Position numbers and translations under genes: made by a program
Shown: positions 13,638 to 26,845 of the stretch, piece by piece
Layout: every line of letters starts with the position of its first letter
How positions within the stretch are numbered: the first letter of the stretch is position 1
DNA from: Octopus vulgaris
Lineage: Eukaryota
Direction of reading: 5' to 3'
Length of the DNA stretch: 64,000 nt
Assembly: GCA_951406725.2 (NCBI GenBank)
Contig: OX597826.1
Location: 32,550,001-32,614,000 of the forward strand
Notes under the pieces: model-generated
What the model saw: the letters and a program-made list of their open reading frames with translations, nothing else
Database searches by the model: none
What the model was told of the DNA's origin: nothing

Positions 13638-13642
<5 letters not shown>
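12595..13642. mobile_element. Penelope-like element 3' end (GIY-YIG C-terminus + pLTR) as a near-perfect inverted duplication
   Basis: Arms 12659-13143 and 13158-13642 (485 bp, one mismatch seen) with a 14-bp spacer. Encodes NIQWKILARCKPYTNGSGRCGLCDMERWLIWKSSLDPTTCLNTRTELFGSCPHVTKFLL, typical of the PLE endonuclease C-terminal CxxC...C-H region. Extra ~64-bp tail at 12595-12658 on the left copy only. Flanked by (TA)n. Confidence 0.85.
13541..13614 (+). ncRNA. Hammerhead-like motif in PLE pLTR (mirror copy on minus strand at ~12687-12760)
   Basis: AGATAA-CCGAAGA-GATG...CATC-T-GAAA-CT-CAG-AG-TT-TTATCT; stem I AGATAA/TTATCT; core has U4C. Confidence 0.55.
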
Positions 13643-13688
<46 letters not shown>

Positions 13689-13693
13689 TATAT

Positions 13694-13738
<45 letters not shown>

Positions 13739-13751
13739 TATATATACACAC

Positions 13752-13802
<51 letters not shown>

Positions 13803-13879
13803 AGATAAGAAAATGGAGAAATACATCTACATTTACAACCCCTATCTCAATTTGTATATATAAATATATATATATATAA

Positions 13880-14042
13880 GCACAGGAGTGGCTGTATGGT
13901 AAGTAGCTTGCTTACCAGCCACATGGTTCCGGGTTCAGTCCCACTGTGTGGAACCTTGGGCAAGTGTCTTCTTCTATAGCCTTGGGCTGACCAAAGCCTT
14001 GTGAGTGGATTTGGTAGGCAGAAACTGAAAGAAGCCTGTCAT
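13880..14042 (+). mobile_element. CORE-type SINE (family B) 5' part
   Basis: gcacaggagtggctgtatggtaag (A-box-like), ggttcagtccc (B-box-like), accttgggcaagtgtctt (CORE). Confidence 0.8.
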
Positions 14043-14275
14043 ATATAATACCAATCAAATGATCTGTTTGATTAAGTTGACATTTTTATTTTGCCCAGAT
14101 TTGAGCCATTCTACCAATATCAGGAGAGTCATAATTACTATTCTAGCTTCGCGAATTGAAATATTTTGAGTCATTTAAATTCTTTTTAAAGAAAATATAA
14201 GATTTTGTAAGATCTATATCAAAAGGGAGCAAATTATTGAATTTTAGTGGGGACAATAATAATAATAATAGTCAC

Positions 14276-14316
<41 letters not shown>

Positions 14317-14532
14317 ATGATGAGGAGGAGGATAATAATATCATAGTTATTTTGAAACATTCATTCTTTAAAAAAATTTGCAAAATAAAAATAAAAATGA
14401 AAAGAAAGTGAATTAAAAATAAAATTAATCATTATACAAAGAGAATAATGAAATATTTTTCTCTTTGTATTCAAAAACGTATTCTTGTAATTGGTTTATT
14501 GAAAACTGGAATTATTATTATTATTATCATCA

Positions 14533-14576
<44 letters not shown>

Positions 14577-14853
14577 GTTTTTCACATGTTTGTTGTGTTT
14601 CTTGTTGTTCTGGTTATTGTCGTGGTGGTTATTGATGTCATTATTGCCACTGTCATCACAGTTGTCATTGCTGTTGTTGTTGTTGTTCATATTTTTATTA
14701 TAATTAATATTGTTGTTTTGTTATTATTACAATCATCTTCCTCGTTATTATTACTAAAAAGAAAATACAGCATAATTTTCTAAAATATTCTATATTTCAT
14801 ATTTGAGTGATGTAATTAGTATATAGCTAGTTGAAAATGCCAAAATAAATAAA

Positions 14854-14900
<47 letters not shown>

Positions 14901-16069
14901 TAAATAAAGACTAACAAAAAACATCCCGCAAATAGAAAAATTCTCAATAATCTCCAGTTATTTATTTCAATATCTGTGAGAAACTTTCCATATGATGCAT
15001 ATTTTACGATACATGCATTTTGATTTGTTTGCAGTTAGTGCAATGCAAATTTCAAGCAATTATTTGAATTTAATACAAATGAGGTACGCATCGATATAAT
15101 TTCAAATTAGTTTTATAAAAAAAAAAACAACAACAAAACAATAGAAATGATATGAGAACCATTCATTTCACACTTTCAATATTTAATAATTGCGTTTCAT
15201 CATCAACATTATCGTCAAGGGCAACAGGATTGTTGTTATGCCTCATTGATCTGTGTGTCAAAGATCTTCTCACATATGAGTGATAATGACCAAGTAACGG
15301 ACCAATTGGCTACTTAGCTGTGTGGGAGAGCCCCCATCCTATTGTTAATGCTATATGAAGCTTTGGTATGCAGGCTTGCGGCTTAATGGCTAAAGCGTTC
15401 AGCTCAATATTGTAAGGACATGAGTTAGTTTCCTGGCACCCAACTGGTGAAAACAAGTTGTAACTGTAATTTAAAAGGAGCAAGCTTTACCATATTCTGT
15501 GTCATGTTGAATCTCTCTGAGAACAGTGTTAAGGGTATGCATGTCTTTGGAATGCTCAGCAACTTGCAGATTAATTTCATGAGCAAGCAGTTCCATGGTT
15601 CGAATTAATTGGGACCCTTGACATGATAACTGATGGAATGCCAGTTATGAAGCTTTGGAAACGACATTGAAAATGAAAATGGAAAAAAGTTCTCTACTCT
15701 GCTTAGGTGGAAATGCAGGTTCGAGTAGCGGCACAATACTCTTCCCCTCCTTTTCCCCCCTCCTCCTCCTCCCCACCCTTTCCGCTTCTTCCCCACGCCC
15801 TCTTCCTTTCCTGCTTCTTCCTTCTCCATTTTCTCTCTCTCCACTTCCTTCTCTTCCTCTTCTTCTTTCACCACCAGCAATTTGAAATAACCCACTTTCC
15901 TCGGATGACCTTATAGGTTTTCAACAGACAGGTTACTCCATTATAATTTTTTATCAAAATTTTTCATTGAAAATAGATAAAAGAATTACATGCTTATTAC
16001 TATTATTGTAGCAGAATGAATTTTGGCAGAAAATACCCAAAGCCTTCATTCTGTTACAATAATACCTCA

Positions 16070-17762
16070 TGGACGAATGACAGGGACCTTTTCTTTGTGG
16101 CTGGTGACTTCAATGGACATGTTGGACAACATACAGGGAGCTTCCATAGCGCACATGGAGGCTATGGTTTTGGTTCCTGCAATGAGGAGGGAACCAGGCT
16201 GCTGGAGTTCTGTGATGCAAATGATCTTATGGTTTGCAATACCAGCTTCAGAAAACCTGCCAGTCAACTAGTCACCTACCGTTCTGGCAGACACACTAGC
16301 CAAATTGACTACATCCTTGCCTAAAAAGGGAAAGTTGGCTGCTTATAAATGCCAAAACCTTCCCACAACATAGACTTGTACCCCACAACATAGAATGTAC
16401 CCCACAACATAGACTTGTAATTAGTGACTTCAGGATCAGGGCTAAATGGATGCCCAGAAGATGACCAGCATGGAGGAGAAGGGTCTGGACAGAGATTTAG
16501 AGATGTATTACTCAAAGCCTTTGATGAAATAGAAAGGGATATAGCTTCACACGATGTGGAAGACAACCGGAGGTTTCTTATTTCTTCATTGCCCACAAGG
16601 GACTAAACATAGAGGGTACAAACAAGGACAGACAAAGGGATTAAGTCGATTACATCGACCCCAGTGCATAACTGGTACTTAATTTATCGACTCCGAAAGG
16701 ATGAAAGGCAAAGTCGACCTTGGCGGAATTTGAACTCAGAATGTAACAGCACACGAAATACTGCTAAGCATTTCACCCGGTGTGCTAATGTTTCTGCCAG
16801 CTCGCCATCTGAAGGTTTCTATGGGACAACCTGCTGAGGGCCACTCACCAGATCTGGGGATGGTGTAAAGTCCCCTCTCAACCCAAGATAATGTGGTGGT
16901 GGAACAATGTTGTTGACAGGGCTATTAGAGAAAAGAAACAGGCTTGAAAGGACTGGAAGGACGATGGTGGAAGGGAATTGTATCAGACTGCCAGAAGGGA
17001 AGCTAGGAGACAGGTTTATTTAGCCAGGGGGAAGCAGAGAAGAAAAAATACCAAAGACTTGAGGTATTTCATGTTGCAAGACAGTATGTGATAGAGAATT
17101 GTGATGTCGTTGGAGAGAAATGTGTCAGCATGGATTATGGTTCACTTGCACTAAACGAGGCTGCAAAGAGAGTGGTTTGGAGACGCCACTATCAAAGGTT
17201 GCTCAATAAAAAGAATGAATGAGACAAAGAGAGTCTGCCGAACGTCGATCCAACAGAGGGACCAGCTATCTGAGTTGACAGTACCTTGGTAGATAGAGCA
17301 ATTAAGAGTATGAAGACAGGGAAAGCCCCCAGCCCACCAGCAATCACTATAGAGATGCTCAAAATATCTGGCAGTGTTGGCTATAGCCTAGTCACCCATA
17401 TAGTTAATCAAGTGATACACAAAGGAGTCATACCCAATGACTGGAGTCAACTCCTACAAAGGTAAAGGTGATGCTTTAGATACAAATAATTAGAGAGGTA
17501 TCAAGCTGTTGGATCAAGTAATGAAGGTCATAGGCCAACTAATTATGGAGAGAGTCAGTTTAGATGAGATGCAGTTTGGGTTCGTGCCAGGTAAAAGCAC
17601 CACTGATGCTATATTTCTGGTAAGACAGTTGCAGGAGAAATACCTAGCCAAAGATAAACCTCTGTATCTGGCTTTCATTGACATGGAGAAAGCCTTGGAC
17701 AGGGTCCTCCAATCCCTTATCTGGTGGTCAATGAGGAAACTAGGGATAGATGAATGGTTAGG
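16070..17762 (+). mobile_element. RTE-clade LINE fragment (AP endonuclease + start of RT), degenerate
   Basis: ORF 16016-16324: VAGDFNGHVG..GFGSCNEEGTRLLEFCDANDLMVCNTSFRK..TYRSG..SQIDYIL. ORF 17509-17862: QFGFVPGKSTTDAIFLVRQLQEKY..LYLAFIDMEKA.DRV. Confidence 0.9.
16579..16806 (-). mobile_element. Family A SINE inserted in the RTE LINE
   Basis: Full consensus; direct repeat aggtttct at 16571-16578 and 16813-16820. Confidence 0.85.
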
Positions 17763-17980
17763 GAAAAGTAGTGGGGAATTATGCCTACCTAATCTACAAA
17801 CAAATAAAATAAGTTGCATTCTATACACAATTAATCAGACTAACCTTCATAATTTTTATTGAATTAGGTGTATATTTTGCCATAAATGGAAAATGTTACT
17901 ATCGATCTATTTTATTCAAGCAGGCACTACCTATCTTGCCTACCTAGGTGGTACGTCCCTGGTATATACATACATACATA

Positions 17981-18026
<46 letters not shown>

Positions 18027-18227
18027 CATATATATACATACACATACACACAAACGCACACACACAGACACACACACACACAAACACAAACACACACATG
18101 GAGTAGAACCTCGATTTTCAAACAACTGGGATCATGAATAAATCATACTTTATCTCCTGTCTTTCTCATATTCATTTAATACAGTAGTATCAAATGCCTC
18201 TGATCACAAATAAATTGTGCTTTATAC

Positions 18228-18403
<176 letters not shown>

Positions 18404-18556
18404 AATTTAAAATGAGGGTGAGAAATTAGATATTAATTTAATTGACATCGATTTTTCTCTAGAACATTTCTTAGTGGTAAGACCATAGTGGATCTATTTC
18501 TAGTGTAAGGGTGTCTACATAGTGGTTTCCCTCTAATTATGTATGTATATATATAG

Positions 18557-18815
18557 ATATACTTTATTTTAAAGCAGCAAAAATATAACAAAAGTTGTTA
18601 CTCAGAGTTTCGCGTTCCTGTTTGTCAGACAGTTTTGTTAATCATTAACGTTGTCAATATTGATGTTAACAAAACTGTCCAACAAACGGGAACATGATAC
18701 TCCGAGCAACAGCTTTTGTTATATTTCTGCTGCTCTTAAATAAAGCATATTACTCTACCTCTGGTATTTGAGTACTCTTTTTTCCACCTTGTTTCACATT
18801 TATGTGCTTACTCTG
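18557..18815. mobile_element. Small PLE-type inverted pLTR pair with hammerhead remnants
   Basis: Arms 18557-18641 and 18666-18750. Left arm (minus) reads AAAACTGT-CTGACAA-acaggaacgc-GAAA-CTCTGAG-TA-ACAACTTTT. Right copy carries an extra T-rich tail. Confidence 0.65.
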
Positions 18816-18861
18816 GTGTATACCTTGGTTTTCAAACAACTCTGATCATGATTAAAACAGC

Positions 18862-18911
<50 letters not shown>

Positions 18912-20005
18912 CACAATTTAATCACGATCAGAATTGTTCGAAAACCAGGCTTTGGTTGTCCTGAAGACCCTTACCGAAAGTGCCACTCAGAGGGGCTGAA
19001 CTTAGGATCATGTGGTTAAAAATTAAGCTTCTTATCACACAGCCATGCCTGCACCTTTAAGAAGATTCTTTAAGAATCACAATAATCTTCCCACTTTATG
19101 GCTGCAAATTCTATTTCCTTCTGAGGATGCTTTAGTTCATATTAGAAATTTCAGAATAAAACCATTTAAATTTTCGTTAATATTCTAATGTCCCCATAAT
19201 ATTAGTGAAAAACAGCAACAACAACAACAAAAAAAAAAGAAGATATGCAAATTTTCTTCCTTTAAAAATATTGAATATGCTTTGATTTAATAGCCAGTGT
19301 TGCTTTTTAAAAGATATTTTCTTAATCATATTAACGTCGATATTGATGTCTTTGGCATGTTTTTTCTTTTTCTTTTGTTTTCTTAACTGGATGGCTATTT
19401 CACTAATAGAGGAGAATAGTATCACACAACATGTGACTGATGTAACCAAGTTCATATGATGAAATCTCTTGATATTCTAAAGCTGTTGATAATTGACATA
19501 AAAATTAGATTAAGTGCTGTTTTTATAGATTAATGGTGTACATTGGTCACAGAATAATTGTTATTTAATGGTTGTAATAGTCTCCTACTCAATTTAGTTT
19601 GTACTTTTGTGTACTCAGTGACCCGTACGGTTTTATAGTCAATAGGATTATGCCTGCACTTCTCTGGCTGTCTTGCTGCAACTCTAATTGCATTTTCAAG
19701 GTTAAATATTAAAATTCTTTCATAAAGCTTAAACTGACGACCCTCTGTTATGGCTTTCTCAAACTCTGGTGTTACTTGACAGGAGCAAACACTAAATTCC
19801 AACATTATTTAGAATTATGTAACCCTTGCCCCTCACCTTTAATTTAATACTTGAGAATCAAATGATCAGAAATTATCTCTTTAATTCGTTTGCTTCATTT
19901 AATTCATATGCAAATGAGAAATTTGCAAACCTATAACGAACAAAGAAGTATATGGGGAAATAAACTGATCACATAGCTAATTTTGACATTTTGAAACACA
20001 CACAC

Positions 20006-20037
<32 letters not shown>

Positions 20038-20230
20038 GCATGCATGCATGAATCCATCCATCCATGCATCCATGCATACATACATTCATACATACATCCA
20101 CACATGCATATATATACGGCACAGGTGCTTTTACGTATCACTGGCACAGATGCTGTTACATGTCACCGGCACTAGTTACAACTTTGGTTTCATGGCACAT
20201 CAATGATTTCAGAGCACAACTACAATTTCA

Positions 20231-20263
<33 letters not shown>

Positions 20264-21220
20264 CATGCAACAGGCTTCTTTCAGTTATTGGTTACCAAAT
20301 CCACTCATAAAGCTTTGGTTTGCCCAAGCCTATAGCAGAAGACACATGCCCAAGGTTTCATGTGGTAAGACCGAAATTGGAACCATACAGTTGAGAAACA
20401 AACTCCTTACCACACAGCCTATTTTTTCTTAAAACTGACAACTTCCTTATCACTACTTCTTTGTGTATGTCACTCTCAACCATATTCTTTTCTTCTTCTC
20501 CCCTACCAATACAACATTTTCCATTTTTGGCCCCAACCCCACTTTCATTCATGTACTTCCACTAATTCTCTGCTTCTTTCCATCATTCGCTTTTGTGTCC
20601 AAATTCTTGGAAGCCAATGAACAAAGAAAAAGACATTTCTCTCTTCTCAAAGCAAAATTGCTTGGAATATTAGAAACTTTTCACTAAACAGCATATGAAC
20701 TTGTAAAAGTTCATCTGAATATAAATACACATATGCATACATACATGCAGTCATATATATACATCCATGGATACATACATATATATCTATATATATATAT
20801 ATATATATATCTTTATATATATATATGTGTGTGTGTATATGTATATATATAAAATATACATTTACATATGTACATACATATACATGCAACACATGCATAC
20901 TCATGTACACACACATGTACATTCATACATTCATACAATCATAAATGCATACGTACATACATATACACATAAATACACGTATATACATACATACATACAT
21001 ACATACATACATGTATACAGGTATGCATACACATGTACGGAAACTATCTAAATCATAAATAATGCCTGTACCATTATAATTACGTTATTTTAAATTTCTG
21101 AAAAATACTTGAGGAAAGGTCATCTTATGAATGTCACAATAAAATATATTAATTATCAAACACCGAAAAATGTAATAATTTAGAATATTGAAAACAACCT
21201 GCAAACTGTACTCAACAACT

Positions 21221-21238
21221 TCATCCTCATCATCGTCG

Positions 21239-21289
<51 letters not shown>

Positions 21290-21375
21290 ACATCATCATC
21301 ATCATCATCATCATCATCATTAAAATCATCATTATCATCATCATCATCATCATCATCCTCATCTTGTCATTACCA
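21221..21375. repeat. (CAT)n trinucleotide repeat
   Basis: Directly visible. Confidence 0.95.
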
Positions 21376-21644
21376 TCATGGTCCTCACTGTTATTGACGT
21401 TTAGAAAAGACACCAACAGAATAAGTACTAAGCTTACAAAGAATAAGTCCTGGGGTCAATTTGTTCAACTAAAGGAGCTGCTCCAGCATGGCTACAGTCA
21501 AATACTTGAAACAAATAAAAGAATATATATATATAGTCAATTCAAATACACAAAAAATTTTAAAAACCCAGAGAATTAAAGAAAAAAACAAACGTGAGGA
21601 CATGCACAAGAAATATATTAATTTAAAGCTCAATGAAAGGAGAG

Positions 21645-21685
21645 AGTTGTTAACGTTTCGAGCATAGCTCTTCATCAGAAAGAGA
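21645..21685 (-). ncRNA. Minimal type I hammerhead motif in a ~200-bp PLE-derived repeat (21545-21750)
   Basis: CTGATGA-A-GAGC-TAT-GCTC-GAAA-CG-TT: canonical core, 4-bp stem II, palindromic stem III (AACGTT); stem I weak. Confidence 0.7.
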
Positions 21686-22987
21686 AAAGTCCAAAGAGAA
21701 AGAAGGAAAAATAAGGAAAAATTGCCAACAGTCCATGTGTGCTTACATTTCTGGTAGGCAGAGAAGCATGGAGGTGCTGGGTGTGGGGTCAGGGCGATGG
21801 TTGAGGAAGTACTGAAGGGCTAAGAGGCCGTAGTTGTCGGGGATCACAGTGTACAGGGATTTTATGTCCATGGTGAAAAGGAGGTGTGAAGGGCTGGGAG
21901 GGAATTGAAGAGGTGAAGGATGTAATCAGTGTCATGTATATGAGACAGGAAGGCAGAGATGAAAGGGGAAACGATGAGGTTGAGATATCTGGAGATGGGT
22001 TCTGTGGGGCAGTTACAAGCAGAAACAATGAGGCAGCCAGGATTGTTGGGTTTGTGTAGGCTTCCACACAGTTTCCATCTACCAGATTCACTCACAAGAC
22101 ATTTGTTGGCACAAGGTTTTAGTAAAATACACTAAATCAAGGTCCTACACTGTGGGATTGAACCTGAAACCACATGGTAGCAAACTGTGCTTCTTAACCA
22201 CATAACAATGCCTGTACCCAAGTTTGAGATTTTTGTAAAGTATTTTATTTTCAAGAATATTTTGAGATGTTTAAAATATTCTTCTGTCTTCTTAAACAGA
22301 AAGGAAAGCAAACTGGTTGAAAAATAAATCATTAAATAGAATATTTATACAAAAAGATAAAAACACTTCAGAAAATGGTTTGTGAATTCTAAATATTATC
22401 AAAATAACTTATATTTATAAATATTTTTTTTTCCTATTTGTGTGTTTTAGAATAAATTTCCTGTTGTAAATAGTCAGAAAACAGATGTATATAATTGGAA
22501 GAGTCTAACATAAATTTAAATTATTTTACTAAGAAATTGGATTTCAAGTAATAAATAGATAATACAGAAAAAAATATCAATGTTTCTCAACTATTTTCTC
22601 ACTTTATGAAGGAAAATGTGCGAAAATATAACACCTTATGGGACATTTAACACAACCTAAAACAAAAATACAAACGATAATAAATGATTAAATAAATAGA
22701 ATGGTCACCTTTGAAATTTCTGGAAAAGAATTTTGTTTTCTGTAATCCTAAGTAAGTATCTTGTGTATTTCATGTTTAATTTAACCATTAAAGATAAATG
22801 TCTGCTATGGATTTTAAATTGAAGAATATGGTTCTGTTGATGATAATGCTTGGTAAATATTCTACATTAAAGAATTTGGAACAGTTTTTTTTTACACGAT
22901 ACAAAAACATTAAGAGCATTATTATCTAACATTCTGTAAAAATTACATTAATCTCAATAAATAATGTATGTATGTATATATATGTAT

Positions 22988-23133
22988 ATCATCATCATCA
23001 TCATCATCATCATTTAGCGTCTGTTTTCCATGCTAGCATGGGTTGGACGGTTTAACTGGGGTCTGTGAAGCCGGAAGGCTTCATCAGGCCCAGTCAGATT
23101 TGGCAGTGTTTCTACAGCTGGATGTCCTTCCTA

Positions 23134-23135
<2 letters not shown>
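22988..23135 (-). mobile_element. RTE-tail SINE/LINE 3' end with (ATG)n tail
   Basis: catcatcatttagcgtctgttttccatgctagcatgggttggacggttt...ctacagctggatg; related copies at 30723-31210, 46330-46720, 51240-51365 and 55935-55980. Confidence 0.7.
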
Positions 23136-23193
<58 letters not shown>

Positions 23194-23289
23194 ATATGTA
23201 TATATATATCTATATGTATATATATATATATATATATTGTCAGTAAAACATAAATCCGAAAGAGAAACACAGTCTAAGCTAAGGAATAG

Positions 23290-23855
23290 TAGAGTATTTA
23301 GATAAAGATAGTTTTAGCTGGTTCATAGGGTTACCCAGGGCTTTGTAGCCATAAAGTGGTTTGCTTTATGTACATCTTGTCAGACCCTAATGGTCTGTGG
23401 CCTATAATCTCTCTTCAAAATGGAGAGAGAAAAGGCCTTGTGGCTAGTTTTTGAACACACAGACATAAAAGGAGGATCAAGTGCAAAAGATTGTCTCCCT
23501 TAGACTGCTACCCAGAATCTACCCTGTCAGCTTGCAGGTCCCAGGATTTCAGTAGGGGTCACCTGAAGTGTAAGCAAGGCCCGATGATTCTGTCCTGGAG
23601 TTTAAGATGTTCCCTGGGTCAAGGGAGTTCTTTACTATCCTCACCCATTCTGCTATGCACAGCTTGCAACGTTTGCTCCTGTTGATGTAGGGACCTGGTT
23701 TTTCTAGGACCTTCCATGTGGGAGTCATTTCATCCTTCAGGCACAACACGTGACCAGCCAAGAATGTGGCATAATGACTCTCTAGGATCCTAATTGAGAA
23801 TTTGTGATTTGAGAGGCACCACTGAAAGGTCTTTCCAGAGCATCTGATGTATTTT
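23290..23855 (-). mobile_element. Second Penelope-like element fragment (GIY-YIG endonuclease, older copy)
   Basis: Minus translation KYIRCSGKTFQWCLSNHKFSIR..YATFLAGHVLCLKDEMTPTWKVLEKPGPYINRSKRCKLCIAEWVRIVKNSLDPGNILNSRTE; homologous to the 13162 ORF; YIG degraded to YIR. Confidence 0.8.
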
Positions 23856-24061
23856 TGGATGCTGCTGTGGCTGCTACTTCCACTGTTGATGGTGTCAGTG
23901 TTGTTGGTGCTGGCATTGTTCTTGCTGGTTTAGGGGACATCATCAGTTGGTTTTGGTGCTGTTGTTGTTGTTGCAGTTCGTGTAACTGTTGGTGCTGCTA
24001 TAACCACCGTTGTTGTGGATGGAGCTGTTACTGTAGCAGTGGTTGATGTTGTCATCGTTAA

Positions 24062-24172
24062 TATTTATTTACATTATTTACATTGGACGGATATGTGTCC
24101 TCATCTTGTTTGTTGTTTGTTGTTACCACAACGTTTCGGCTGATTTACTCTCTAGCCTTCATCAGGAGTCCT
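24062..24172 (-). ncRNA. Minimal hammerhead motif in a PLE-derived repeat (same family as 44305-44432)
   Basis: CTGATGA-A-GGCT-agagagtaaatc-AGCC-GAAA-CG-TT followed by aacaacaaacaagatgaggacacatatcc...aatgtaaataatgta. Confidence 0.65.
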
Positions 24173-26689
24173 GGTAGAATTTTGTTTTTTAAATCTATTC
24201 TGCTGTATAAAGAATGTCAAAAATATGAAACAAGGAATATGATAAAAGATAATGATGATGATAACGACGATGATGGTCATCATCATCATCATAATCATCA
24301 TAAACATCACTACCACCACCACTACCACCACCACCACAACCACACCACCATCATCATTGTCGTCATCGTCATCACCACCACCACCACCACTACATTCACA
24401 ACCACCACCACCACCACCACCACCACCACCACCACCACCACCACCACCATCATCATCATCGTTGTCACTGTCGTTGTTATTTTGATGTCCATTTTGCCAG
24501 ATGGAATTTGTTGGTTCGGATATTTTACAACTGAAACCCAACACCCTCACCTGTTTTGAAGCAAGGTCATATATTCCCGTGTATGACGGTGGCATACATT
24601 TATAACAAAAGTGTGATGTCAAGATAAAGAAATACCCATCCACACACACATATATATATATGGCTGGCTTCTTTCAATTTCCATCAACCAAACCTGCTCA
24701 CAAAGCTTTGGTATGCTAGGAGCTACAGCAGAAGATACCTGCCCGAGACAACACTCAAAGGAACTGAACTTGATGTAACCAAGAAGCGAACTTCCTAAAC
24801 ACACAGTACTGTTTGTGAACCTATGATTAAAAATATTGGTCCAAAAAATAATTTTTAAATCCTTTATTTAGAACAATTAAAAATAACACCTAAAGAAATA
24901 AAAGTTAGAACGGGAAAGCGAAAACTACCTAATTGCCCAGAGTAGCACTGTTTATTGACAAGATCAGCTAATAGGATTAAATATGTTTGGTTGACTGCAG
25001 TGAGAGGTTGTTGAAAATGATGAGTTTATCACTAACTCATCAACTCGTTTGCTTATTTTCCCTGGTGTCTTCTAGTATTTAAAATATTATCATCTTTATG
25101 CTCTTCAGTGCCAACTTGCAAACACTAATTAACTGATTTCAAATCCTGTGATTGCTATGAATTAGCTTAAGTAAAACATCCAAAATATCTTGAATATTTT
25201 GGTAACAAAAGATAATCAGATAATTATAATGAGTTTAAAGAAGGAAAAAATAAATATATAAACACATGAAAAGAATTTTAAATGGAAAATAAAAATGGTT
25301 ACTGAAGAATATTATGCTTTTTTTTTTTTACTGTTTTCCTGTATATCTCAGTTTTCTTGGCAGGTTTTTAAATGGTTTATATATAGATTTAAAGTGGGGT
25401 GTTAATTTGAAAATAGTTTTTTAGTGCCCAAATGTGGACAGCTTAACCGTTTGCAGCCAAATGGAATTTTTAGGAAATGGTCAAAGGCCAAAAACTTAAA
25501 TGAGTTACGCTCAGATAAACAGACAGATAGATGGACATATTCATTCACACAAACAAAAAAAATGTAAGTAAACTCTTATGGGGTACAGGCCATATACACA
25601 TAAACAGGTACACACATACACATATATACAAACATGTACTTGAGGCACAAATGATGCGTTCTAATGCATGCATATAGAATTACACACCTGTGTGTGAATA
25701 ATGCCGGTGTCAAGGGAATAGGGCACATTATTACCATTAATCTTCACAGCCATCTAACACAGACAGGGCCACAAAACTGGCAAAAACTCAATATCAAACT
25801 GTGATATATAACAATAATAGTTTGTTCCTCTTTGTAGCTTTGCCAATTAGGTGAAGACATTTTTTTGTTATATTTCAATTATATTATTATTGTTGTTGTT
25901 GTTATTATATCATCATCATCACTATCGCCATCATCATCGTCACCACCACCACCACCACCACCACCATCATTATTTTTATTATCATCATCATCATTATTAT
26001 TATTATCATCTTTTTCTTTTGGTCTGAAGAATGGATTTAATTTTTATACTTTCATTTTGTAAATAATCTCGATAATGTTACTACGTCAAGCCTTCTGTTT
26101 ACTTAAAATTCACTTCTTTTTCTCTTTCTTTGTGGAGGTGTTCTTTAGAAATTTTAACTTAGAATTCAAATTGTTTTAGATTGAAAAGGTGAGCCAAAAT
26201 ATTATGGAGAAAAAGATGAACTTCTAAAAATTTCAAGGAAATGAGAGCTGGAAATTATCTTTTGCTTAGTATTCCACAGAATGCAATGGCATTCACCTTC
26301 TTGGACATGCTACCTTGAAAGTATTCTGAGAAACTTCATTACGACCATATTTATCTTTCGTTTTGGCACCATTCCCCCCACTTACGTGAGTTTCAAGTTA
26401 GCCATGAATTTTCCCAACAGCCATAAACTTGTTCCTGTTCCTCCTATCATATTTCGACCTCTCAGCACCTGGCATCAAGCAATCCCCCTACCTCCTGCTC
26501 TTCCTCGCAGTCAAGGATGTTTCTTAGGCTTTTCACTTACAAGGCAACCTTATTAGAGTTGTTACTATGAGGAAAAGAGAATAGAAAGGCACCCAGTATA
26601 CTCTGTAAAGTGGTTGGTTAATAGGATGGACATTTGGCCATTGAAACTAGACCAAGCAATTCTGGGAGAAATACAACTGTAAACATACA

Positions 26690-26845
<156 letters not shown>

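Noticed and set aside
13880-13950. tRNA genes at SINE heads
   Set aside because: A/B-box-like motifs only; they continue into SINE bodies and give no clean cloverleaf.
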